A DNA stretch of 64,000 nucleotides from Escherichia coli (GTDB lineage: Bacteria > Pseudomonadota > Gammaproteobacteria > Enterobacterales > Enterobacteriaceae), in NCBI RefSeq assembly GCF_030013595.1, contig NZ_CP122768.1. One strand, 5' to 3'. Shown here one piece after another: positions 63,604-64,000 of this stretch (its first letter is position 1; every line of letters begins with the position of its first letter). Under the pieces are notes generated by a model that saw only the letters and a program-made list of their open reading frames with translations, was not told the origin of the DNA and ran no database searches. Both the position numbers and the translations under genes were made by a program.

Positions 63604-64000
63604 ATGTCGGAAGTGAGTATCGTAGAAGACGCCCCACGCCCAGTAGTCGCCGAATTGGCAGATCTGTTACAAGCACAACCATTTCATCAGAATCAATATG
63701 ATAACTTATGTCGCTTTATGATTTATTTTTCCCTGGCTGAATCAAAGTTAACATCAATGGCTGCTGGCCTTGGTAGAACTGACGCACTGGCACAGGAACT
63801 GGTTGTGCATAACGGCATGGACAGTCAGACCATAGATGATTGCTATCGTTATTTTATACGACGCTATCGAGACAGCCCTGATAGCGATTACCGCTTCAAT
63901 AAACTGGCCCCGCCTGAGTATGTTAAGAATGCAATCAGAGAACGCTTTGTTACGCTACTTCAGATACAGTCTCCAACAATTGAAGATAAAATCAGCTTTG
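63604..64000 (+). CDS. hypothetical phage protein, 3' end beyond window
   Basis: Open frame from ATG 63604 (MSEVSIVEDAPRPVVAELADLL) with AGGGAG RBS, no stop before window end. Confidence 0.5.
   Translation, partial: MSEVSIVEDAPRPVVAELADLLQAQPFHQNQYDNLCRFMIYFSLAESKLTSMAAGLGRTDALAQELVVHNGMDSQTIDDCYRYFIRRYRDSPDSDYRFNKLAPPEYVKNAIRERFVTLLQIQSPTIEDKISF

Larger units (their letters stand above)
46653..64000. mobile_element. lambdoid prophage inserted next to leuZ; extends beyond window end
   Basis: Integrase immediately after the tRNA terminator, then recombination genes, cI/cro-like switch, O-like/DnaB-like replication genes and accessory cassette; K-12 has yecA here by recall. Confidence 0.8.

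Overview
Enterobacterial (E. coli-like) chromosome. Positions 1-46652 hold the conserved flagellar region: hiuH-hprRS-hchA, a porin, yedR-yedJ-dcm-vsr-yedA-yedI-yodC-dgcQ-yedP-dsrA-yodD-dsrB-rcsA, the fliR-to-fliE operons, yedL-yedK-yedF-yedE-yedD-amyA, fliTSD, fliC-fliA-fliZ-tcyJ-dcyD-tcyLN, sdiA-yecF-uvrY-uvrC-pgsA and the glyW-cysT-leuZ tRNA operon. Gene names are from recall of E. coli K-12, not from a search. Three conserved genes look damaged: fliP (in-frame TAG), yedK (in-frame TAG 22 codons before the expected end) and yodC (apparent frameshift). From 46653 to the window end a lambdoid prophage sits next to leuZ: integrase, Gp157-like protein, a 741-aa Rad52-like fusion, cI/cro-like switch, replisome organizer with iterons, DnaB-like helicase. 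The best candidate for a new system is inside it: a low-GC cassette (58.3-63.2 kb) bracketed by diverged ~200-bp direct repeats, containing an IS629-disrupted lipoprotein gene and a translationally coupled pair encoding a small Pol-beta-type nucleotidyltransferase and a DUF262/ParB-like protein with no nuclease domain. I do not recognise that pairing as a named defence system. No CRISPR array or rRNA was seen.
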